From contig QPGO01000036.1 of NCBI GenBank assembly GCA_008632985.1, positions 582,182 through 616,151 on the forward strand: 33,970 bases of DNA, read 5' to 3'. The translations under genes were made by a program, and so were the position numbers. The notes beneath the pieces were generated by a model that made no database searches, was not told where the DNA came from, and saw only the letters and a list, made by a program, of their open reading frames with translations. Source of the stretch: Psammoneis japonica (taxonomy: Eukaryota). Shown in pieces: positions 11,126-24,199 of this stretch (the stretch's first letter is position 1; each line of letters begins with the position of its first letter).

Positions 11126-11519
11126 CTTGAAAGGTGTTACTGTACTGATTTATGCCTTAGCCTTATGCCTCCATCGATGATGTCTTTTTTCTTTATTTTG
11201 ATTTTTTGGACGGCGCCACGGCCGGCCGGCGGCGGCAGATTAGATTCCGCTTGTATGTACGAGCATTACGTAGAATGTACGTGTATTGAAGTACAATCTT
11301 ACAGTGTACGTATAAGTCTCTCGAAGCAGGCAGATACAGTAGTGTATTTATTGCCTTCTTTTATCTGGCATGATCAATACTTAAATAATAAATGACATTG
11401 GAAAAATGGTATTTATTGACGGTCATTAGACGATTGTCATGACAGAGACAGGAAGGACGTGTGTTGGTGTCTGTCGCTAGCAGGCTTAGGGCCCTCTACT
11501 GTAGGTTTACGGTGGCTCA

Positions 11520-13290
11520 GCATTGGCATGCACGACACCCAAGGATTTGTGAGTCTGTCAATCCTTGCTTACATCTGATCTGCTCTCCAATGGCAGCAGC
11601 TCTAGCTGGCTGGCAGAGAGGGGGATGGGGGCTCCCCAGTTTATTTGTGTGGAGCATGTGGGTTGTGAGCCACTGCCAGTTCGCACTGCGACACTCTCAC
11701 TTGGTGCTGCCGTCTTTGTCTGAGAGCCTGGATTCTGAACTCGAGAAGGACAAAAAGAACAGAAAGTGCTGGCACTATGGCTTCATCATGCAGACTGCAA
11801 GAGTTTGCAATTGTTGCAACAAGCACCTTCGTGTGTGGTTTGAGGCCGCGTGGTGTGTCTCATCGCTTTGTTGGTCCAGCCGTCTTCTGGTGCGGCCGGG
11901 AGCAGGTCTTTTCTCTCTTGAGGAACCTGTTCAATGAAAATCAAACAAGACATCTCTCTGACAAGATTGTGCTCTCTCTCTTTCTTGCACACAACAACAG
12001 GCAGGGCTGTCCAGGCACCAAGTGGAGTGTTGGTTTAAAGCAGCACACAGCGGCGCTTGTTGCTGCAGAAGATTCAAGCACAAAATGTGGTGCGCTGCCA
12101 GCAAGAGTGTTGCTCTTCTTTAGGCACCAGCTCTGGCAAACTCACAATGAGAAATTCCTGTCAGCCTGCTGCTTCCCATCTTGTTCCCCACTTGTTCTTT
12201 CTCCACTGGCTTGCCGGCCGCTTTGCCTGCGCTGCTTGTGCAAAAGCCACGCAACCTTTTGTCATGCTGCAAAACTCTCTGCACACCTGGCAAGTGTTCC
12301 TGACACAGCAATGCTTCCATTTTTGCAAAACCATGACAGGAAACTGTTTTGGCTGGCAAAAACGCTGACAACTTCAAATGCGCCAAGTCCGTCATTGAGT
12401 TTTCAAGCAGCCCTCAAAGCTGAACCCAAAACATCAAATGCAAAGATGTGTGTGATTTGTGAAGTGTGACAAGCTGCAGGCACCACAAAGATTCTGCTGT
12501 CTCGGCTCCTCCTCTTGCGCACAAAAGTTGCCGATTGTCACCAACAAAAGCACAGCAGGCAGTGGAAGACCTTGGTTGTTCAGACTCAACCCACCCATTT
12601 GGAGCTGCCAAAATGCTGGATTGATGGACAAAACAAGCGTTGAGACAGATGCAGAGGACAACTGCACTGGCCACACCAAAGCAGCATTGTGATTGTCAGA
12701 GTTGGAAAATCCAAACAAGCAGCACTGCTCAAGTCACCCATCTTTGGCTTTTGACAACTCCTTGTGACACAAACCACACTGCAGACTGAACCATTGTGAC
12801 CATCACGAGAAGCAAAACATGCCGGTGCAAGTGACAGAAACAGCTGCGCTGTTGTTGTGAAAGTCTCAATGACACAGATCTCTTTCCCCGCAAGCTCTTG
12901 CAGCTCATCAATGCCCCTGCAACTCAAAGCCAAGTCATTGTCAATGTCTCTTCTGAAGATGAACCACACCCAAGCCAATGGGGAAACACGGCATTGATTG
13001 TGCCCCAGAGGGTCCTTGCAAAAGAGTGGTGACTTCTTCTGTCTGGCAAATGCAGGACTCTGCCGAAATGACAATGCTGCCAATGATGTGCTGACTGTGT
13101 GCTCCACCTGCAGTTGGAGAGTCAATCAAGCAGAATTTCGAAACATGAGGGAGGGGTCAAGCACTTGAAGCTCGAAATGCCGACATTCACCATGAGCAGC
13201 AAGAATGCTTGGGGAAGGAAAGTTGAAAGATGGAGGAGTGCGAATGCCGCACGCATTGTGCATTGTGCTTGGAATGAGATTCTGATGAAA
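11520..13290. other. TpA-void, CpG-poor hypermutated domain 2 (unidentified repeat remnant plus duplicated gene fragment)
   Basis: About 6 TA in 11520-12125 and none seen from there to ~13295. Confidence 0.92.
12614..13247 (+). pseudogene. Mutated partial duplicate of the 3' half and 3' flank of the 6366-7502 gene
   Basis: Collinear with 6953-7557, e.g. tgctggattgatggac, ctcaagtcacccat, gatctctttccccg, actctgccgaaatgacaatgct, gaatttcgaaacatgagggaggggtcaag; small indels and stops. Confidence 0.95.
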
Positions 13291-16289
13291 TGTGATTGTA
13301 TTCTGACTTGGGAGTCAGCCTACGGCATGGAAGCCATTACTCACTATTTCCAGCAGCGGTTTAGAATGCTCTTTCTTTCGGGAACGAAACATGTAGATCA
13401 GGACGTTAGCACGAAATTATCAGAATTTCGCTCGTAACAGACAAGAGATGAAATTCCGGAGTACTTTAGTCTGCCTTGAGGACAATGTCCTTGATGCATT
13501 GGTCGGCAAGGAGCTACGGTAGTCGAATGCCGTCTTCCCTGGTGTTTTTTTTTTTCAGATTTTAACATGGTACATTCCCTCGAGAAAGAATCGATGCTGC
13601 CTCGTTGCAAGGAGACATCGTGAACGCTTTGACTTCTTGTACCTGGTCGAGAAGAGCATCTAGATTTAAACAAGCAGAACCCAGAACATGAAGAAACGAG
13701 TGATGTGAGAACCCAGCGGTAGCTCGTAGCTCTGCATTTGCTCGCCTTCACCCGCACGGCGACCGGCCTAGCTCAATCCGGCTTCTTACGTTGAAACTTT
13801 CTTGTCGACTCCACAAGCCTTGCGAGAAAGAAGAGAGATGCAAGAGACCACAAATATCTTAGCGCTCGTAAACCTTAATGACGGTAGCTATGGATCTTAC
13901 GTTTATGGTTGCCTTCCAACACACGCTTTCCTTGCGGTGATTGAGTTTAGTCGTTGAGCTTTACACAATGTTGAGCTTTACGTACACAATATGTATCTTC
14001 CGCAGAATCCTTCAAGAGAGACCACTCTGCCGGTATAATAGATGCAGCGTGGTGCATGCTGGTGAGACGAGTAAGGGGCCCTTGTCTTTCTTTTTTAAGC
14101 TCCTTTTTCTTTAGCAAAGCGACTGCATCGGTAAACTCCTTTTCTGTTTAAACTCCTCTTTCCTTTGCGCATCAAACATGCCAAAAACTATCTCTGGCGT
14201 TAAATGAACAAGAAGACCAACAACAACAACAAAATGAGACAAGTAACAGTACTGTACGTTGTGAGAGAACGATACCATAAAACTATCATTGCAGGCTACG
14301 AGTCCAAGTCACAGCGACGCACCGGTTGGAGTTCAAAACCGAATTGTTCTCACTAAAGGTGCGATAGGAGACAGCGGCATCGATGATGAGAAAGAGATCA
14401 GACGCCCAAACCAAGAGGCAGAGTGAGACTCTGCATCGTACCATATCGAATAGACAACGATGAATGTCATCGGAGCTAAGCTTGATGGAGCGGTAAACTT
14501 CTCTGTTTGAGTGCCGCCACCGCTGTTTCTGTTGTCCCAGAGTTTCAGTCCTCCTCTTTCTTCTATGAACTTGTAATCAGTTTAAATCTTGCCCTAAAGA
14601 GATGCAAAACGGATAGACTCAGAAGGTGAGAATGCATTAGACACGGTAACTATTCTTTGAGAGCTTGCATCTCTACTCCAAAACACACCTTGACAGAAAA
14701 CCCCAAGTGCGGCTGTACAGAAGGAGAAACAGCATCTTGAAGAAGAAGACTAGAGTTCCACACTCGCTTCTCTTCTTTTCTGGGTTCATAATTGTGTGGC
14801 TTGCAATCTTAAACATCAGTGTGGATACAACAACAGTGATCTCTTCAGATTCACCAGGCGCAACCACATCTTGCGTGTCTCTGTTGCCTTTTTTATTCGG
14901 CGTGCTCATCTCCGTCGACTTCATGATGGGAGTATTTTCCAATGAAGGCACTGACAATCGCACCGTTGAAGAATTAGATAAGTTCAGTCGAGTGAGTTTG
15001 TTTCGGATCTACTGATAATCGAATACCAACAATCGATTCCACAAGTGTCTATATGGAAGACCTTGCTAGTGGTGATTTGTCACGGCTTGTGCCTTGATCT
15101 TTGGATTGTTTGCTGCCCGTGTTTATCGAATGAAGTTGAGTCAAAATGAACCTTTCGCTACGGTACCAAACATCTCATGCTCTACCAATTGACAAAGGAC
15201 AAGAACCCTTGCGCAAGCACTGGCGGTATTGAAAAATAGAATCATGACATGATCGAGGACGATTAAAAAGTGGGACCAGCATGCAAATGTAATAATACCT
15301 AAACTACCGGTACCCGTTCCTCTTGTCCGCCGAGGAAGAGGATTCATCATCCGCACTGGGTACATTTGGATTCAGGTGGGCGATGGTGATGAATTTGGGC
15401 AGCCCGTTTCGGAAGTTGGAGTAGCGACGAACGGGTCGGGCTCGGCATACGGTATGTATTCTCACAGTAGGGCCCTACCGTTAGTTAGGGTCCTTCACAA
15501 TATTCTCCTCCAGATTATCCTAGACGAGCTCAATGCAGTTGCAATGCGCTCTACTCTCTAGGGCTACTAACTACTCCTAGTGTCGGTACTTACACTACTA
15601 TTTTATGCCGTGGGTGGAGACTCTACTAGCTAGCTCTCTTCTAGGGATAGAGAATAAAGTAGTGAAGAACTCGAATGCACTATGCTTTGCTAGCCCTGCA
15701 TTACTCGAGAAATACCAGTACAGTAATGAGTTCGAAAGCGTGTCTTCCGACATAACATCCAAAGCCATGGAGAGGATCTGGCAAGATTTCAAAGAATTGA
15801 CAGATCATTGCGCCCATCGCTTGGTTTGGGACACATCGTTGCCCGTACTCGTCGTCGTGTTGTCGTCGATAAAATCTAAAAAAACCCATGAATAATCGAA
15901 AACTGAAACCGCGTTCTTGGCATCGACCTATTTTCGTTTTCCCACTTTCATTCTCGTGTTAAGAGAAATACATGTGCAATCATTTTTTTCTCCTATGGTA
16001 CCTGTACTTTTACCTCTCTGCATGACGCGACAAGCTAACAATTATACTCCTTTCCTCCCGTAGAAGATCAGACATGGTTGACTTGCCAATCTGGCGAGTA
16101 GATATGGGCCATTGTTGAAGAGAAAGAGACTGATAGACGACAACAATAGAGGTCTCACGCGCCATCATTTCCCCCATCCCCACCGTGCTCGTACGGCATG
16201 CTTTATCGAGACAAAAAACCAAACGAGCAGCGGAGACACGAAGCCAGGAAAAAATCGACAAGCGCTTCAAGAACGAGCACCGTCTTATT

Positions 16290-18225
16290 GCCTTCTTGCG
16301 TATAGGTTCGCGGCAACGAAGCTTTCTGTTTCCAAACGTGTCGTGCGGAGCGAGGCAACGCATGTTAATCGACTCGGTGATGTGATTGAGAAAATCCAAC
16401 AAGATGGGAATCGAGGTTGAAATGGCCACCTTGTTTTCCCATTCAAACTCGGCCCACATGAAAATGCGTCGGTACAAGTTGCGGGGCGACTGTAATCCAT
16501 AATGTCCATGTGAATATCATTGAGATTGATGTATCCCTTCTCTCTTGTCGCCATGTCATTGTAGACAATGGTTCCAAAGATGTGCCCCGTCTCGGTGGAG
16601 GAGACCTTGATGGAGGCGCGGAACGTGATCTGATCAAGAGGGCCAATCTTCTGAGACTGCAGGCGTTCGACAATCTTCATGTTGTTACCCATCATGGCAA
16701 GCTCATCCGTCAAGTTGGCTAGTGTGTTGGGAGTACAATTGATGACCAGAATCTCCCAAACAATGTCACAATCATAGACCTTGACAAAAGCCTCCGCGTA
16801 AACATTATCCTCAAACCTACTGAGTTGGTACACATGATTCAGTTCGGAACTAAGAAAATAGTTGGTACCGGCATACCCAGTGGCACGTTCCAAATCATCT
16901 TCGTCTTCGTCTCCGTCGTCAAGGTCGACATCACCACCCTGAACAGCCATGGAACGCAACTGACGAAATTGGATCAAGTCGTCAGGCTGCGCCGTGGCGA
17001 GTTTGCCTGCGTCGTCCTCGCCGTCGGATGAAGCATCTTTGGTTTCTTTGTCCTAGAGCGTCTTGAGAACCTGGACAAACGTTGCTTCGCCATCGTTCAG
17101 GAGAGTATCCACGAGTAATAGAAATACCTTGAAGCCCGATAGCGTAAGGCAGCATATTGCAATGCGTTCCGAACAATCAGCCACGGCGGGACGCTGAGCT
17201 GAAACGCTGTTCTGGGCCATGTTGACAATACCGCACATGATGAGCAGCGTATCGGGCGTCATTTTCTTAATCGCCAATGCGGCCACTTGAGGCAAACCCG
17301 ATATCCAAAGCTTCACAAGGAACAGATTGGCCGTGCTTTTTGTGAACTCCGTTTGTAGAGTATACACTATTCGGTTGTTCTTCCTCTTTTTCGTTCTTGA
17401 CATCACCCGAGTCACCTTCTTCTTCTTTCATGAGGGCAAAAACAACCGACTCGGTAACATTGGGAAATCGCATGGCGCATCCGTGAATGTCCCGAATCAG
17501 CATATTCCGGTGGGCCATATGCCCTTGGCTTCTGCCATGGAAGAGTCCTGCTCTTGAACAGTCTTGGCAACCTCGCGCTTGAGCGTCGATACCACATCGG
17601 CAACAATACAAAGCATGACAATGTACACAGCAACATCCAGGAGCTTCTTGCAGATATCAGCGCTTGGGGAACTAAGCGCACGAGGAATGTCCATTAGCAG
17701 CTGCAAGATTTGCAATGACGAGTCTTCCAATCAATCAAGAACAATAAGCTTGATTTTGTTGTCATTCTTGCTATTCAACAAGTTTGCACAAGTGACGGCG
17801 GTAGCACGAATGACAGTGGGTGCCGAAGAAAGTGAGACTAGAGTCCAAGCTGCCTCGTAGGACACGGTAGCAGACGTGCTGGAAAGCATCTGAAACAAGA
17901 CCCGGACAAATCGTGACTTCTGGGTAGGATCACGACGACACACCATACGAGTAAGTCCGGACACAAGCAAGGCGAACCAATCTCCGTACTTGCCCACATC
18001 GTCCATGTTTTGGGCCAAGAACTGAATGGCCAAATCCTCCGACTGATTGAAAACACGAGAAAAGTGCTTCTCCTCGCAGCCACGTCTGATTCGGCTTGGA
18101 GGAATTCGTAAGGTTACATGAGCTCTGGTGCATCAGGTATCAAGTGCTCTCCAAACAGCTTGTGAGCGTGAAATATGGCAAGCGCCTCGTTCTCACAGAC
18201 GTATTGATGACGGTGTTCGAGACAT
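16290..18225 (-). pseudogene. COPB1: Coatomer subunit beta (beta-COP) pseudogene, truncated at both ends
   Basis: [105 protein letters not shown] and FVAANLYAR, spread over several frames with stops and deletions. Confidence 0.93.
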
Positions 18226-18493
18226 CTCGTTGCCATCCGTGCTCAAGGCGTATCGATCATCACGTTGTTGCGGGTGTTCTTTCTACACTTCTTGGACCGT
18301 ACCGTAGGACATTCGATCAGAACATAAGACGACGACACCATGCAATACGCATCAACACACGAGATGTCCTTGTTGATGTAAATAGTGGAAATCATTCAGC
18401 ATCTAGAGAGAGCAGCTTATTATATACAGTAGAACCGACTTATGCCGATCATCATTGTTCTCCTGTCATCGGCCATCGGCGCAGACGATCTTC

Positions 18494-18630
18494 GATTTTT
18501 GCTCGCAGCAAAAATTTCACGGGATTTTGCCGTGTTAAAACGGACGCACAGACAGACAATCCTAGATTTTTGCTCGCAGCAAAAATTACACGGGAATTTG
18601 CCGTGTAAAAACGGACGCAGACAGACAATC
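18494..18630. repeat. Two tandem copies of a ~71-bp unit containing hairpins
   Basis: gatttttgctcgcagcaaaaatt..cacggga.tttgccgtgt.aaaacggacgca..gacagacaatc at 18494 and 18565. Confidence 0.9.
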
Positions 18631-18838
18631 TTCGGAAAGCCGTGCGCGTTTTCTGCGCGCTTCCCTCGATTTATCAGGGCGTTAAAAAGCGTTAATCGGA
18701 TCTCGTGACGTTGATTCTGCCGTTACGAAGTTCCGAAACTTCTACATCTCTGAATAATTCTATAATATGTGGGATCGATCACAATCCGATTTTTTGACCG
18801 CGACGAGTGTTCAGTGACCTCATTTTTCTGTTTCCACG

Positions 18839-20286
18839 ATGGTGTTCTCTGCCAGTCCCTCCTGCATCCCACTTCATTGCATCATTTGCTTTGATGAATT
18901 CGATCTAGTTGAAAGACCTCCTGTGGTGCTCCCGTGTGGACACACGTATCTCTGTGCTCCATGTAGCAAGAGACTCACGAAATGCATGGAGTGTCGCATG
19001 CCGCTGAATTGGTGTTCGGGAACAAATGCGCCGCAGCATCAGCCACCTCCACCTCCTTTCAATATGAGACCATCAAGTAAGCTCGATGGTATGGGCTTAA
19101 TCTCTTCTCCTCCGAGTATTCACAGACGGTCTTATTCGCAGATGGCTGAATCACAGAACGTACACATGCCAAAGAACGTGGTGTTAATGGCTCTTTTGGA
19201 ATCCTCGTTACAACAACGACAGAAAGCACGTAGCGGTGACGAAGAAGCCGAGACTGAAACAAGCCACGTTTCCAGAGGAATCGAAGGCATGAATTCGTCC
19301 TGTGGTACTTTTGCGGTGCGAGAAGAAGGACTGGCTGTGTTGCCGCAGCATCCATCAAGACGGGACGATCGGTCCGGCTTGAGTGGAGACGAGGACACTG
19401 ATTCGCGGGACTGTTCCGAGTCCGAACCTCTTGTATTGAAACGTGGTCAAAGGGTACAGGTCACTCGTATGGAAAACGGAGTTGCCACCTTGGCGAGAAA
19501 CGAGGGATACATTGTAGCTAGTTCGAACGAGTTGGTCAAAGGTACGCTATGTCTCTCATATCTGTTTCTCTCCCATACACCACGCTTGTACTGTATCTCA
19601 TCCCCCACTGTACTTTATCCTTGTTTTGTGCAGTTGGAGCTCCATTGGAATCGTCATGCAAACTACGAGGAAGTCTCGAGATGGTTGAAACAAGGATAGA
19701 AGAAACCGAGCGGGAGCTGCGAGACTTGCGAGAGCTCCACTCAGACTTGAACGAACGACTGGGCCAAGCCCTACAAGAGGAACCTAGCCATCCAGTCATC
19801 TCACAAGCATCAACCTGGTCCAGTCCTAGTACCCCGGACGAGGCGCCCCAGACGCCCGAACACAGACCTACAGGAAGAAGTGGTTACGAGAGCCCCCGAA
19901 ATTCACCTCGAGAAACAACACGACCTTTGAGGGACCCAGTCACGCCTTTGTCGACTGACACTTCTGAACCACACGAGAATCAAGAAGTTACTGTGGACTT
20001 TTCATGCTCTACAATACTGTTTGGTATAAGCCTTGATGCAGAGGATTCGGAAAATACAACTCCCACGTTGCGAGCACCAAGCTGGACCAACAATGTGTCC
20101 TCCTCTTCCTCGTTCGACAGTGGTATTGATTGGAGAACAGGAATGAGTGGCCATCGTGCATTGCTGAGTTCCAAAATCAATTCTTCACCGGCATATCGAG
20201 GAGAGATTCGAATGATGTCGCAGCATAATGGAATTGCCCGTGTAGGACGACTGGCACGACGAAAGGATAGTTTTAAATCAGTGTAG
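18839..20286 (+). CDS. RING (C3HC4) finger protein with SH3-like segment and coiled coil (~451 aa)
   Basis: CIIC..PVVLPCGHTYLCAPC..CMECR; exons 18839-19541 and 19634-20286 joined in frame by a phase-1 GT-AG intron. Confidence 0.9.
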
Positions 20287-20513
20287 CAATATAACTACGT
20301 GTCTCCAGCATACCCTAAGCAACTACTATCTTCATACGGTACGTTATAAATGGACTAGATAAAGAGTACTGTAGTCAACAAATGATAATGAAAAAAGCGA
20401 ACGGGAGCATTCTGCGCCTGTGACGGAAAAGGTGCATGACTCTTCAAGTTTCCTACGATAGAAAGAGTATCTCGAAAGGACAGTAGCACCTTGAGCATTG
20501 CTCAGGGATTCAC

Positions 20514-21404
20514 TCAAGGAGAGACAAAGTCGCGAATGAAACGGATCCCTTCCGGGGTATCTACCAATCCAATCTTCCTCGCTGCTTCGGCCCAGTATTG
20601 CTTTCCCGATCCACTGCCGATTGATTTATTCGCTTGCGCGCAAAGAAGTTGCTGTCGAAGATCTCGGGGAATGCTGGAACAAGCTTCTTGACCGTTAAAG
20701 TGGCTCGAACTCATGTTTTGAGCTGCTTGGTAAATACTCAATATAGTGGCAGGATAATACGTGGAACCTTTTTTTCGTTTGTCTGGAGATTTCTCCTGGC
20801 AATGCCTGCACCGAATACCGACTTGGCCGAATTTGATGGGTTTGTTTCTGCCGCGAATATGTAGTATCGTGTCTTCCTCTTCGGCCTGGAAGGCCTCAAT
20901 CTGCTTTCGAAGAAGAACTTGATAGGTGGACAAGATGCGATCATCTCCAGGCAATGCCAGCACAACAGGAAGTTGCAGCGGAGTGTCGACAGTTATCAGG
21001 GTTTCGTTGATGGGGTGTCTTGACGGATCCATCCGTCTTGCTACAGAATTGTGATTCGGATTGAACGATCCGTCTCTCGAGATGACCTGTTGTTGTCTTG
21101 ACTCAATTCGATCTGGTTGCTGACCCTCATTATTTGTATGTGGCAATTCATAATGGCTGCCATGCTGATGTAAAGTTTGCGCCGTGGATGTTTCTAGTAA
21201 ACGCCTCAGCAATTCAGCCTGCAGGACTTGCGGGTATAATGCTGACAATGTTTGTTGCTGGACAGGATGGATCAATGGCAAACCTGAGAGGATTCCGTTT
21301 GAATTGATTGAATTGATTGGCAGGCCCAACTGCGGCGACAATAGACTGTTGTTGTTGCTTTGAAGTAGAGAAAGATAATCAAGAGGGTATTGGTTGTTTG
21401 GCAT
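20514..21404 (-). CDS. Uncharacterised protein with a C-terminal Cys/His domain of a type common in diatoms
   Basis: LSTYQVLLRKQIEAF..RGRNKPI..GQVGIRCRHC..GSTYYP..IYQAAQNM..HF..C..GKQYWAEAARKIGLVDTPEGIRF. The true start may lie further upstream. Confidence 0.8.
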   Translation of the reverse strand: MPNNQYPLDYLSLLQSNNNSLLSPQLGLPINSINSNGILSGLPLIHPVQQQTLSALYPQVLQAELLRRLLETSTAQTLHQHGSHYELPHTNNEGQQPDRIESRQQQVISRDGSFNPNHNSVARRMDPSRHPINETLITVDTPLQLPVVLALPGDDRILSTYQVLLRKQIEAFQAEEEDTILHIRGRNKPIKFGQVGIRCRHCQEKSPDKRKKGSTYYPATILSIYQAAQNMSSSHFNGQEACSSIPRDLRQQLLCAQANKSIGSGSGKQYWAEAARKIGLVDTPEGIRFIRDFVSP

Positions 21405-22293
21405 GACCCTGATAGATGCGGAAGCCCCACGTTTGGTATACTTGGGATAAATTGGATTCCCAGCTGAAGAGGATGGAGTAGGGCTTGTCGACTCGGATAA
21501 TAATTTGGGATCTCGACCTGGTGACGTTCCTCGGTTTCAGCTGATGCATGTGGGAGAGGGCTTTCCTCGTTAGCAATATCTACTGATGAGGTCGTTTCAC
21601 CATCATCATGAAAGAATGGTCTTACTGGAAAAGACGGTCCAGTATCAAGATGTTCTTGGGGACTTTCATGCGGTTCATTGTACTCGTCCAGTTGAGAATG
21701 CTCACTGTCTGTATCTGACTGCGAAGAGAATTCTTCGTTTCGAATTGCGTTGTTGTCTTGTTCTTCTTCAGTCGATTGGACATGTTTCCTGTTTGAGTCT
21801 GAGATGGATTGATAGACCCTTGTTCAAATATTCCAGTAATTCCATATAGCTTCGACGAATGCGAAACAGTTGTGTGCGACACCGTGACACTAATACTGAA
21901 AGGAAAAGATAGAGGTAACCTATGGCGATCCAAACCACCGTTATTGCGTAACAGATTGAATCACAATGAGCTTCGCATTCCATCAGATGCTCCTGCGGTG
22001 TCGTTTGCTCAGAATGCGTTGGCACCCTTTCCGCTGATGGGAGAACGAATGAGGTGGTTGGGCTGGTCGTAGAATGCTGACTGCCCCAACAACGCAGACA
22101 TCCCTTAAATACAACTTCAATAGGACAAACTTTTGGCTCGGCTTTATGTAAAAAGTGTCATCCAAATTTGTCGTTTTCCGACGATGAGGCCCGGCTGGGC
22201 AGTCGTCTGGCGGCCACTCATCTCGTTTCATGCTTTTTCATGATGCTGTTGGCCGTAGCAGCAGTAGTCCAACACAAACACTATACAACCACA

Positions 22294-23983
22294 ATGGCAG
22301 TGAAACGACAGCGCAAAACCGCTTCTCAGGAAAAAGAAGTAAAAGTGATCTCCTGGATTGGCGTGGTCCAAGAACGATGAAGATGTCTGGTCATCTTCAT
22401 CCGAAGACGAACGTGATAATGTTGATGATGAGGTTTCATCTCAAGAAGAGGAAGAAACTGTCGAGGCGAAACGCATTCGTATGGCACGGGCCTATTTAGA
22501 CAAACTTCAGGAGAAGCAGGATAGTGAAGATAGCGGCGACGATGACGGGATTGCCGGTGATGACGACGAGGATGTTATCGCCATGGAATTGCAGCGACAA
22601 CGTTTACTCAAGCAGGGAACTCCAATTGAACGAAATTTAGCTGAGGATGTGCGACAACATATTCTCAAGGTGACGGCTACTACTCGCAGTCACGAGTCAC
22701 CAGAGGCACAAGCAAAAGAATGGGTTGCCAATGGTACTGTTCAGCTGTGGCGAGGACATGACTTGACACCGACCTGTGTCGCAATGCCTTTTCGACAGAA
22801 TGCCACTCAATGTGTTTCTGGGTCCAAGGATCATTCAGTGTACCTTTGGGACATTGGTCGAGAGGGACATACTAAGATGTGTTTGGTCAAAAAATGGAAC
22901 GAGGATGCTGATGTTGATCGCAAGGGCGGACAAGTCACGTGCATTGCTATGCGGAACCAATACGTTGCGGTGGGACGAGAGGATGCTACAGTTTGCGTGT
23001 ACGACACGAGGCTCGCGGGAAAAACCAACTGCAAAGTCACGAGCTTTGCAGGGCACAAAGGGCCGTTGACTTCCCTAGTGTTTGGGGATGACCTACAACT
23101 CTTTTCTGCAAGTACGGATCGATGCATACGGTATGTAGGATGTTGACTCAAGCCGCCTTTGTTTTGTCCCAATTTTGCGACTCATGTAGCTGTTCTTTCG
23201 TTCCGCAGCCATTATAATTTGCAGGAAATGGCGTATATCGAAACTCTTTATGGTCATCAGTCAGGCGTTGTTGATATGGATACATGCTTTGGTAGCAGCC
23301 ATCCCATTTCAGTCGGACGCGACCGTACTGCGCGACTTTGGAAGTTGCAGGAAGACGCACACTTGATCTTTCGAGGTGGCGGACAGTTGCACGCAGCAGA
23401 ACGAATCTCATACATTAGCAAGAACTGGTTCATCACTGGGCATGAAGGTAACGCAACCTTGGCCTTGTGGAATGCCCGAAAAAAGAAAACAATTTGTACC
23501 GCAACTCACACTCACGGCAACGAAAGCAACCAGTATCGTGGAGTATCGGCCTTGGCGTCGTGTCCGTCGAGTGATCTGGCGATCAGTGGATCTAATGATG
23601 GATTTATGAGATGTTGGAAGGTAAGCACATCGAAACTTCCAACGTGGGGATTTCACTGCTTGCTGTTTGGTCCTTGCTCATGTGTTGTTCCCATCGTGCG
23701 CTACAAGGTTACGACAGAGAGTCAAGAGGAAAAGATTGTACCGAACATTGAACCAATTGGCCAGATTCCCATTCATGGATATTGTAATGATATCGCTGTT
23801 TCGTCAGACGCCAAATTCTGTGTCGCCGCGGTTGGTCAGGAACCCCGACTAGGACGATGGGACCGTGTGCCGCGTGCCAAGAATCGTATTTGCTTTATCG
23901 CCTTGCAATCTGATGGTAGCTCTCACAGTAGCAATGATGGAAATGCATCGACCAGTACAGATAGTGAGTCGGAATCAGAATAG
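22294..23983 (+). CDS. RRP9: U3 snoRNP-associated WD40 protein RRP9 / U3-55K
   Basis: EETVEAKRIRMARAYLDKL, WD repeats, MAYIETLYGHQ, SVGRDRTARLWK, AAVGQEPRLGRW..AKN. Introns 23131-23208 and 23621-23707. The likely ATG (22294) is out of frame with the body at ~22330-22357. Confidence 0.9.
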
Positions 23984-24199
23984 AAACGAGACTGACACAA
24001 TTGTCGCCTCAAAATGAGAGCGCTCTGAGTAATACAGGTACGACGATATATTCTTTCTAGAATCTTTTATACGAGAGCTATTAGACTAGCTTATCATCAG
24101 ATCTCATTGACTGTGTATGTTGGAAAGAAGATGGTAACACCTCTTGAAATTAGACAACAGTTTTAGATCCGAGTGCATACCAGGTGTTGGTACATTATA

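Noticed and set aside
240..13290. Classical fungal RIP or plain CpG decay as the explanation
   Set aside because: RIP raises TpA and hits both copies, and CpG decay does not remove TpA. Here TpA is lost and the source copy is intact.
13400..15900. Short ORFs and possible decayed gene fragments
   Set aside because: No recognisable motif or consistent exon structure
18096..18708. Plus-strand 170-aa and 88-aa ORFs
   Set aside because: Antisense to the beta-COP remnant and running through the tandem repeat; no motif
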